The notes under the pieces: generated by a model
What the model saw: the letters and a program-made list of their open reading frames with translations, nothing else
Database searches by the model: none
Told to the model about the DNA's origin: nothing
Shown here: positions 56,470 to 64,000 of the stretch, one piece after another
Numbering within the stretch: the stretch's first letter is position 1
How the letters are laid out: the number at the start of each line of letters is the position of its first letter
IMG/VR virus record: IMGVR_UViG_3300027751_000014
Length of the DNA: 64,000 bases
Source: an uncultured virus (IMG/VR IMGVR_UViG_3300027751_000014)
Lineage: Duplodnaviria > Heunggongvirae > Uroviricota > Caudoviricetes
Reading direction: 5' to 3' (one strand)
Translations under genes and position numbers: made by a program

Positions 56470-57516
56470 ATGTTTCCGTATATTTTGGTTGATGAAGACA
56501 CACTGACGATTGTGATTGAGAACACTCACCACATTATCAAGCGTGGTCTGCATCCGAAGTTTGAACAGATCGTAAATGCCATAAAGGCACAGGATTGGGA
56601 TGCGATTCCTGACCTTGTCGATCTGACCCGTCAACTCGCTAACTATGCCCAAGGTCTCCTTGAGGTGAAGAATGGCGATGTTTATTGGGATGGTAAGCCC
56701 TTCCACAATGCGCTGACAGATCGGTTGCTGCGTATGCTGGAAGACGACTTCCCTGTTGAGCCGCTAGTCAACTTCCTGCACAATTTGAAGAAGAATCCTT
56801 CGAAGCGCGCAGTGGACGAGCTTTATGGCTTCCTGGAAGTTTGCAACCTGCCCATTACGCCCGACGGTCACTTCCTCGCCTACAAGAAAGTTCGCAGGGA
56901 TTATAAGGACGTTTACAGTGGCACGTTTGACAATAGCGTAGGCCAGGTGTGTTCTATGGCTCGGAACGAGGTGGATGAAGACAAGGATCGCACCTGCTCG
57001 CAGGGCTTGCATTTTTGCTCTATCTCCTACCTCAAGTCTTTTGGCGGTGAGCGTGTAATGATTCTCAAGATTAACCCCGCTGATGTGGTGTCCATCCCTT
57101 CGGATTACAACAACTCAAAGGGTCGCACATGGCGCTATGAGGTTATTGGTGAACACACTAGCGACTACGACGGCGGCGACGAGTACGAAGATGCGTTTGA
57201 AGATGTGGTTGACACGTCTTGGGGCGATTACGAAGACGATTATGAAGATGATTACGAGGATGAAGAGGATGACGTAGATGACGAAACGCTTTCTGTTCGA
57301 GAAGTGTATGTAGACGATTACGGACAGTACCGCTACTCTGACAGTGGTCAGTATGCGAGCAGCGAAGCGTATCGTGCCTACAATGACTCGCAGGCGGCTA
57401 ACGAACCTCGTGCGGTCTACAGAGATAGCCAAGGTCGCTATCGTTACGATGATAATGGTCAGTATGCATCTCAGGATGCTTACGATGAATACTGGGACTG
57501 GAGAGACGACCAGTAA
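56470..57516 (+). CDS. rIIB: RIIB-like protein
   Basis: ITPDGHFLAYKKV, CSQGLHF, INPADVVSIP.DYN..K.R. Confidence 0.9.
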   Translation: MFPYILVDEDTLTIVIENTHHIIKRGLHPKFEQIVNAIKAQDWDAIPDLVDLTRQLANYAQGLLEVKNGDVYWDGKPFHNALTDRLLRMLEDDFPVEPLVNFLHNLKKNPSKRAVDELYGFLEVCNLPITPDGHFLAYKKVRRDYKDVYSGTFDNSVGQVCSMARNEVDEDKDRTCSQGLHFCSISYLKSFGGERVMILKINPADVVSIPSDYNNSKGRTWRYEVIGEHTSDYDGGDEYEDAFEDVVDTSWGDYEDDYEDDYEDEEDDVDDETLSVREVYVDDYGQYRYSDSGQYASSEAYRAYNDSQAANEPRAVYRDSQGRYRYDDNGQYASQDAYDEYWDWRDDQ

Positions 57517-57590
57517 TGAATCGGGGTGTATTGGCGCAACTCAGTGTGTGAGTCCTTTGCTTCTTCTCAGCGCCTTTACACCCCACCTTT

Positions 57591-57819
57591 TTATGTGCAG
57601 AGCGACAGCTCTGGTTGTGAGCTTGGTCGGTTTTATGTCTTCAATGTGTCACCAAAAAGCACACCTGTCGCCCAGGTTGCGAGACATACAATGGCATTGG
57701 ACCGTAAGAGTGTAACTTTGCGGCTGTCGCCGCGTATGCTTACGGTGGGTGCCATCCTAGTTCGGCTAGGTTTGGCGCACTAAGTGGGGGGTCCTGAACG
57801 GGGAAGCAGGAGCACATAA
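57591..57819 (+). ncRNA. Candidate structured RNA
   Basis: TTATGTGC/GCACATAA closing stem with several GC-rich hairpins. Confidence 0.4.
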
Positions 57820-57834
57820 TTTATACGGAGGGAT

Positions 57835-59799
57835 ATGAAGAAAACAAGACTACTGTTACCAAATTTCAAACTTTCTCCAGCGGAACAATTAGAAGAAGCT
57901 GTACGATGCGTATTAGCAGCAGACGAACAGATAGAAACCGCGCTAAACAATGAAACATATACATGGGACAATTTGGTTGTCCCTCTTTTGCTTGCTGATA
58001 ATGAAATCACAAAGGCAAACTCCATCGTGTCATTTTATTACGCTATTGTCAGTGGCGAGGAATCCAGTACCGCGCTAAAACAGTTTACAATATTCAGCGC
58101 GGCACGAACTAGTAAAATTATTGAAGATGGAAGGATGTTCGCTGCATTGTCCTCGCTAAAGAAATCCAAACTAACTAAAAAGCAAAAAGCAATTGTGGAA
58201 CACCAGTTGCTTTACTTTACACAATCCGGCGCCAGCATTTCACAGGAGAAAAAAGCAGAGCTGGAAAAAGTTTCAAAACAGCTTACAGAGCAGACCATAG
58301 CCTTCCAGTTGAATTATAAAATCTGTGAGGAAGCATGGCAGTTGCACGTTACAGACGAGAGTATGTTAGATGGTGTGGATGAAAGCACAAAAAAGATGCT
58401 GCACACCGCCGCAAAAGAACAAGGGCTTGATGGTTGGTTGATACGGTATGCAGAAAACACTATAGATGAACTTATTAGGGATTGCACAAACCGCACAATG
58501 CGACAAAAGCTATTCTTTGCAACGCAGACTATGGCAAGCGATTATAGTACACGCGAAGAAGATAATTTCAACCTAATAACAGACATCCTCCATTCAAGGC
58601 ACAAGAAAGCAAAATTGCTTGGTCATAAAAACTTCGCCTCGTTAGCATTGGAAGGAATGTCGGTCACCGATCCTGTGCAGATCATACGAATACTAGAGCG
58701 CATGATTAGCAAAACGAACAAGAAACTAAAGCGAGAATACAGAGAACTTAGCAAACTGGCGAAGGGTGAAATCTCAAAACTGGAACGCTGGGACCTCGAT
58801 CATTATTCTCAACGCTGGAGGGAGGAATTCCTCGAACAGAAACCTATGTCTGACTACCTAGAAACAATCCCAACGTTTCGGAGGATGTTGGAATACTTTG
58901 GCACATTGCTGGATATAAAATTTGTGGAAGCATCACCGCCGTCAAAGCCGCACAAGTCCGTTATGTTTTTTGAAGCCTATAAGGACGATAAACTGCTTGG
59001 TGGATTTTACGCAGACATACTACGGCGCCCAGGAAAACACGACGGGGCATGGGTGAATAATTATTCCTTCCGTGTGTTTGACGAACCGCAGGTACTTGTG
59101 TATGCGCTAAATTATGAAAAGACTATGGGTCACTCAGACCTCATTGTTATGCTGCACGAGTTTGGTCACCTATTGCATGGCCTATATAATACTAGTCCAT
59201 ATTCCACGTACGGAGGATCGCTATCATTGTCGTGGGATGCGATAGAATTCCCAAGTCAATTTTTTGAAAACTTTGCCTGGCACCCAGCCTCATTGAAGGT
59301 GCTTGCTCGCCACTATGAGACTGGTAGACCACCCACAGCTAAAATGATTGCAACGCAAATAGAATCACGTTACGCTGGTTCGGGCTGCTATATGCAACGC
59401 TATATTAAGAAAGCCCTAGCCGACATTACCCTCCATTATTCCTACAAGGACAAACCTGATTTTGTAGACGACACAACGGTGCCTATATTTCACGTAGACG
59501 GCATACGTTATCACCAATGGGAAAACAGAATCTTATCGCGTATGCATCATTCCTTTAGCTTTGATTCAGGATACGAGTCAATGTACTATGTATACTTTTG
59601 GTCGGAAATGATTGCGCGAGATGCGTTTGAACCTTTTATAGAACTAAAAACAAGTTTTGACATGGGAACAGAACTCAAAAAGTTTATGACAGCGTTTATT
59701 GAACCTGTTGACGAAGACATTAGAAAACTGTTTAAGAAATATATGGGTCGTTCCTTCAATACTAGAGCATGGGCAAAATTCTACGGCTTCGATAAATAG
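57835..59799 (+). CDS. M3 family oligopeptidase (PrlC/OpdA-like)
   Basis: HEFGHLLH, WDAIEFPSQFFEN, HYETG, YYVYFWSE. Confidence 0.9.
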   Translation: MKKTRLLLPNFKLSPAEQLEEAVRCVLAADEQIETALNNETYTWDNLVVPLLLADNEITKANSIVSFYYAIVSGEESSTALKQFTIFSAARTSKIIEDGRMFAALSSLKKSKLTKKQKAIVEHQLLYFTQSGASISQEKKAELEKVSKQLTEQTIAFQLNYKICEEAWQLHVTDESMLDGVDESTKKMLHTAAKEQGLDGWLIRYAENTIDELIRDCTNRTMRQKLFFATQTMASDYSTREEDNFNLITDILHSRHKKAKLLGHKNFASLALEGMSVTDPVQIIRILERMISKTNKKLKREYRELSKLAKGEISKLERWDLDHYSQRWREEFLEQKPMSDYLETIPTFRRMLEYFGTLLDIKFVEASPPSKPHKSVMFFEAYKDDKLLGGFYADILRRPGKHDGAWVNNYSFRVFDEPQVLVYALNYEKTMGHSDLIVMLHEFGHLLHGLYNTSPYSTYGGSLSLSWDAIEFPSQFFENFAWHPASLKVLARHYETGRPPTAKMIATQIESRYAGSGCYMQRYIKKALADITLHYSYKDKPDFVDDTTVPIFHVDGIRYHQWENRILSRMHHSFSFDSGYESMYYVYFWSEMIARDAFEPFIELKTSFDMGTELKKFMTAFIEPVDEDIRKLFKKYMGRSFNTRAWAKFYGFDK

Positions 59800-59828
59800 C
59801 GTATACATTGTTTAAAGGAGCATTACAA

Positions 59829-60572
59829 ATGGATTATGGTTTAAAACTAGACAGCTTTGTCTTGGAAGATTTATACGGCAAAACATTAACAGATCGTCTA
59901 AATCAAAAATACCACATAACATGCCTATACCTAGCCAAGCTTGCTTGGCGTAACGTAGACACCGTGATAAAAGACCTCACGGATATGGGTGCGACAAAAA
60001 TAAAATTTTATGACAGCCTTGGCGTCCAAGGCTACTTTGCAGAATTTGACGACGTGGCGGTTGTTGCGTTCCGTGCAACGGAATGGGGCGAGGCTCACGA
60101 TCTAAAAATTGATTTTACATTTTGGAAGACGGATTTCCGAGGTCTAAAAGCACACAAGGGGTTTGCAACAGCCATACAAAAAGTGTTGCCTGAAATCGAA
60201 GCCGACCTAGCCCTTGTCCCACCAACCAAGCGTGTCCTTTATACGGGTCACAGCCTTGGTGGAGCATTAGCAGCCATGTTAGCAGTTGTGCGCAAACCAA
60301 CTGACCTATGCACATTTGGTCAACCTCGCATCTTTGGTGGCACTATCCCCACTGAGATCTACCAAGGCGTGAACTACCATCGCGTCGTTGTGCAATGGGA
60401 TTGGGTTCGCCTCATTCCCCCAAACATTCCATTCTTATTGAGCTACAAACACGCTGGGATAAGGCGTTTGTTGAAGCGAAGAATATCATTCTCTGTACTA
60501 TGGGCAGGTGACCACAACCTAAGTACATATTTAGAGCTTTTGGTTAAGGAAGATGGCACCCTAGATTCATAG
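59829..60572 (+). CDS. Class 3 lipase
   Basis: VVAFRAT, AHKGF, TGHSLGG, TFGQPR. Confidence 0.85.
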   Translation: MDYGLKLDSFVLEDLYGKTLTDRLNQKYHITCLYLAKLAWRNVDTVIKDLTDMGATKIKFYDSLGVQGYFAEFDDVAVVAFRATEWGEAHDLKIDFTFWKTDFRGLKAHKGFATAIQKVLPEIEADLALVPPTKRVLYTGHSLGGALAAMLAVVRKPTDLCTFGQPRIFGGTIPTEIYQGVNYHRVVVQWDWVRLIPPNIPFLLSYKHAGIRRLLKRRISFSVLWAGDHNLSTYLELLVKEDGTLDS

Positions 60573-60616
60573 ATTCTGGTAAATACGTGTATAACTACTA
60601 ACACAGGGAAACACGT

Positions 60617-61222
60617 ATGAGCCTACAAGATCTAATTAATTCCATTAAGACTACGCCACCAATGAATGATCCTAGCCATTTCAATAAGGCTATCATCACT
60701 ACACTGGAACACGAAGGTGGTTTTAGTAACGATCCCGTTGATCCAGGTGGCGCCACAAACTGGGGCATGTCCATACGCTATTTGAAAGGTCGCGGCGATT
60801 CCGACGGCGACGGCTGGTTAGATGGTGACTTAGATCACGATGGCGACATTGATATTGACGACATTAAAAACATGACTACGGAGCAAGCTATTGCACTGTA
60901 CAAGTCGGGTTTTTGGGACAAATATAATTACGAAACTATACACGACTACACAGTAGCAGCCCGCGTATTTGACATGACTGTAAATATGGGCGCAATACAA
61001 ACTGGTAAAATTGTACAGCGAGCACTAAATGCTTGTGGCAACAACTTAGTCGTAGACGGCAAGGTTGGCCCTAACACTTTTAATGCGATCAATTGCACTA
61101 ACTCCGAAATGTTAATGTCTGAGATTCGCCAGTTCCATGCTCAATTTTACTTAGACCTAATTGCTGCAAAACCAGCAATGGCAAAATACAAGAAAGGGTG
61201 GTTGCGTAGGGCAGCCGCTTAA
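60617..61222 (+). CDS. GH108 lysozyme (endolysin) with PG-binding domain
   Basis: HEGGFSNDPVDPGGATNWG, FDMTVNMG, VDGKVGP.T, GWLRR. Confidence 0.9.
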   Translation: MSLQDLINSIKTTPPMNDPSHFNKAIITTLEHEGGFSNDPVDPGGATNWGMSIRYLKGRGDSDGDGWLDGDLDHDGDIDIDDIKNMTTEQAIALYKSGFWDKYNYETIHDYTVAARVFDMTVNMGAIQTGKIVQRALNACGNNLVVDGKVGPNTFNAINCTNSEMLMSEIRQFHAQFYLDLIAAKPAMAKYKKGWLRRAAA

Positions 61223-61350
61223 TACTAGTGTTTAATGAGATCCATTATAAAAGATAAATAATAGTCTCAGAGCACAGCTCTGAAAATATAAAACTGTGTA
61301 CAAAATTGTGGATTGAAAACGAATAAATAAAATTGGTAATAGGAAAACAT

Positions 61351-61941
61351 ATGATGAATAAGCTACTCCTACTTTTAATAACAATGTTGCTTTTGACAAT
61401 TTCAACTACTATGTTTGGTCAACAGCTAGATACTCCGCCTCAAGAAGAATCGGTTACAGCGTTGGACAAAATGCTAGTGGTATATGAGCAGAAGAAAGCT
61501 GAAAATGCTTCAGGACTATCTCCTGAATCCGAACGGCGCCGGCTGCAAAGTGAAATAATTGACCTCAAAGTAGAAAAAGATCAACTAACATCTAGAGTAG
61601 AATATTTAAAGGCAGAGCTAACGAAGCAACAACGCCCCGTTAGCAATGCTGGGGTTTGTTCTAAAGAGACAACCTGTATCCCGGCTAAAGAAGTAGAACG
61701 CGAAAAGATTACATCACATCTCGTATATAGTCTCAGTCTATACAGATTAGCAGAACTAACTGACACAAACTTACCAATCGGCAAGAAATACGTCGAAGCA
61801 CATACTGCGGCACAGAGAGTAATGCAAAGTGCGATGGGGGATTTAAACCTCTTAGGCTTCGACACATCAGACCCAAATGAATTTCCAAGCCTGGAAGAAC
61901 TAATTAAGGCTATGGAAATCTCACACGAAGCTCATCGTTAA
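61351..61941 (+). CDS. Secreted coiled-coil protein
   Basis: Signal peptide, coiled coil. Confidence 0.6.
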   Translation: MMNKLLLLLITMLLLTISTTMFGQQLDTPPQEESVTALDKMLVVYEQKKAENASGLSPESERRRLQSEIIDLKVEKDQLTSRVEYLKAELTKQQRPVSNAGVCSKETTCIPAKEVEREKITSHLVYSLSLYRLAELTDTNLPIGKKYVEAHTAAQRVMQSAMGDLNLLGFDTSDPNEFPSLEELIKAMEISHEAHR

Positions 61942-61978
61942 AATTATATACATATATTTTAATTGAAAGGGATGTGAA

Positions 61979-62368
61979 ATGGAAGAAACATTGGAAAAAA
62001 TAGACTTAAGGGCACTCATAAAATATGCAGCCACCACCATAGGAATATTATCTGTATTGCTAGGTAGCTTTGTGTGGATAGAAGACAGATACGTTAATGA
62101 AAGTGAATATGTAAGGCACATAGGTTCTCAACGAGATAAATTACTTGGATTAGAAAATAAAGTAGGCACACTTATAAGTTCAATTGAAGAAGACAGAGAT
62201 CGAGAATATAACGAAATAATAAAAGAGATTAAAGACGGAAAAATATTTACGTTAGTTGTGCAACGAGACATTTTACTAAGTAGAGGTAGAGAAAACCTAA
62301 CAGCTACGGAATTAGCTGAACTAGATGTATTGAATATAAAGCTAAAAGAGTTGAACGCAACACCATAA
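61979..62368 (+). CDS. Membrane-anchored coiled-coil protein
   Basis: One TM segment then IEDRYV. Confidence 0.6.
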   Translation: MEETLEKIDLRALIKYAATTIGILSVLLGSFVWIEDRYVNESEYVRHIGSQRDKLLGLENKVGTLISSIEEDRDREYNEIIKEIKDGKIFTLVVQRDILLSRGRENLTATELAELDVLNIKLKELNATP

Positions 62369-62395
62369 AAAAGATAAGACAATAATAAGAACTTA

Positions 62396-62421
62396 GGCGC
62401 GGCTTCGGTCGCGCTTTTTTT
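62396..62421 (+). terminator. Intrinsic terminator
   Basis: GGCGCGGC-TTCG-GTCGCGC plus T-run. Confidence 0.8.
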
Positions 62422-62489
62422 GCCTTGACATTGTGTCCGTTTTATGTTAGAATATGTTATATCACGTAGTTTGAACGATAAATAATACG

Positions 62490-62765
62490 ATGAGACAATT
62501 AGCTAAATCCACATTAGATAGATTGAAGCGCACACAGAATGAAAGAAAGAAGTACGTGCCATATTGCTATGTGGATGAGATGACATGGACGTCAGTTCCT
62601 GTGAAAAAATTTGAAGATCGGATTTCTACCGCCGAGCGGAGTAACTATATCCAAATTTTAGCATGGGCGAAAGAAAACTGCAAAGGTGCTTACAGCAGAG
62701 ATCATGAATTTTTCTGGTTCAAAGACGGAAAAGATGCATTTGTTTTTAGATTAAAATGGGGATGA
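62490..62765 (+). CDS. Hypothetical protein
   Basis: C-term DAFVFRLKWG common in jumbo-phage ORFs. Confidence 0.65.
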   Translation: MRQLAKSTLDRLKRTQNERKKYVPYCYVDEMTWTSVPVKKFEDRISTAERSNYIQILAWAKENCKGAYSRDHEFFWFKDGKDAFVFRLKWG

Positions 62766-62766
62766 G

Positions 62767-62991
62767 ATGAAACGCCAACCGAAAGATCGCAACTATGTCA
62801 AGAAGTATATGGATAAGCAAACCAAACCAGCTACCCATGCAGACAAGACTAAGTATGCAAGGAAAGAGAAGTACAAGAATGTAGTCGAGCCTGAGGATGA
62901 TGCTTGGGACGATTATGAAGATGTTTTAGAACACGGTTCTAAGGCAGAAATGCGCCATTTTATGGAATACATAGATGATGAGCAGGACTAG
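62767..62991 (+). CDS. Hypothetical protein
   Basis: RNYVKK..H.DKTKYARK.K. Confidence 0.65.
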   Translation: MKRQPKDRNYVKKYMDKQTKPATHADKTKYARKEKYKNVVEPEDDAWDDYEDVLEHGSKAEMRHFMEYIDDEQD

Positions 62992-63554
62992 TGTTAGTCT
63001 TTGTCTTACATGAGTTTGCGCAAACAGCGGAAGGCTCCGCAGCGGTACAGCAGATCGTTAAAACGTGCTCTAACGATGACAGCGTCTGGTTCACACCTAC
63101 GTATCCTACAAACAATCCGCACCTAGCCCATATATTCCTAACCGACCTAGTTCGCAAAGAAATCGCAGACCACAACGACTATAACATTTTGTTTATAGGC
63201 GTTCAGCTTGGTGGATTTTGGGCACGCCACTTAGCACGAATTTTCCCACCAGCAAAAATAGCACTACTCAACCCCACCATTTACCCATGGCGTGAGCTAC
63301 AAAACTTTGTAGGCATGAACACAAACAAAGGCAACGGCACAAGGTTTGAACTGGCGATTGGCGATGTACGAACATTTGAAATTTATAGGGTCGATCAGGA
63401 TCGCAGCGATCAACAAGGCGTAGTGATTCAAAATAACACATTGGGCTTTGATGATAAAACACGACTGAAGATGTACATGATGGAAGGGACAACGATTACT
63501 GACGATGAGATAAATATCGTGTACGAAGAATTTTTTGAGAAAGAAGAAATATGA
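62991..63554 (+). CDS. YqiA/YcfP-like alpha/beta hydrolase, probably inactive
   Basis: LHEF, IGVQLGGFWA, LLNP. Confidence 0.6.
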   Translation: MLVFVLHEFAQTAEGSAAVQQIVKTCSNDDSVWFTPTYPTNNPHLAHIFLTDLVRKEIADHNDYNILFIGVQLGGFWARHLARIFPPAKIALLNPTIYPWRELQNFVGMNTNKGNGTRFELAIGDVRTFEIYRVDQDRSDQQGVVIQNNTLGFDDKTRLKMYMMEGTTITDDEINIVYEEFFEKEEI

Positions 63555-63742
63555 AAAGATATATTTTAATCTTAGTAGCAGCATTTTTAATATCGTGTTC
63601 AGCAACGACCAGCCTACCGACGGCAGGCACAATGACTACAGGGGAAGTGACTAGCACACCTCGACAATATCAAGAATTTTGTGAACGAGACACGGACAAT
63701 ATTTGTCCAGAGGAGGAGAGTGAGCCAGACCCTAACGACTGA
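63551..63742 (+). CDS. Small lipoprotein resembling the N-terminus of BTLCP proteases
   Basis: Lipobox LISC; TSTP..YQEFCER....C. Confidence 0.55.
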   Translation: MKRYILILVAAFLISCSATTSLPTAGTMTTGEVTSTPRQYQEFCERDTDNICPEEESEPDPND

Positions 63743-64000
63743 TTTGTGGGAATCCTTGTGTCGAATCCAACAAGCAGTCAATAAAGACATCCGATACGTC
63801 GTAGATTCAAAACTATATGAACAAGAGGACTATTGGACTGTGGTTGAAGGTAAAGGCCGCGGCGACTGCGATGATTACGCCCTAACCAAAATTAAACGGT
63901 TGGTTGCTGAGACAAAGTGGGACAGAGAAAATCTTGCTGTGGCAATTTGCTTTACAGAAGATGAAAAGGGTAGACCAGGCAAAGGTGTTGGCCATGCCGT
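63720..64000 (+). CDS. Transglutaminase-like cysteine protease (BTLCP/C93), runs off window
   Basis: SD AGGAGG, GTG; VNKDIRYVVD..EDYW..GDCDDYALTK..GHA. Confidence 0.8.
   Translation, partial: MSQTLTTDLWESLCRIQQAVNKDIRYVVDSKLYEQEDYWTVVEGKGRGDCDDYALTKIKRLVAETKWDRENLAVAICFTEDEKGRPGKGVGHA

Overview
64 kb segment of a large (jumbo-type) tailed phage genome. The host is probably a Gram-negative proteobacterium (lpxC, sigma70 promoters with IHF-like boxes, tmRNA tag ending LAA). Layout: (1) 1-8.8 kb, collagen-like tail fibre with C-terminal chaperone, Hint-domain protein and putative modification enzymes. (2) 9.7-24.7 kb, an RNA island with about 53 tRNA genes for all 20 amino acids (many non-canonical), several tRNA-like or stem-bounded ncRNAs, a minimal RNase P RNA, a GOLLD-like giant RNA, lpxC and a T7 gp0.7-like kinase. 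(3) 25-38 kb, early genes (DNA ligase, HD hydrolase, amidase, DHH, nuclease) and a circularly permuted two-piece tmRNA. (4) 38-51 kb, late virion genes behind GATAAATA motifs. (5) 52-64 kb, early genes, rIIA/rIIB, oligopeptidase, lipase and GH108 lysin. Best candidate for a new system: the tRNA array is preceded by an unannotated 52-codon leader ORF containing all 20 amino acids (19 of them within 24 consecutive residues). Its 3' end overlaps an antiterminator that competes with an intrinsic terminator, suggesting an attenuator that switches on phage tRNAs when any host tRNA is depleted. All calls are by eye; no database searches were run.
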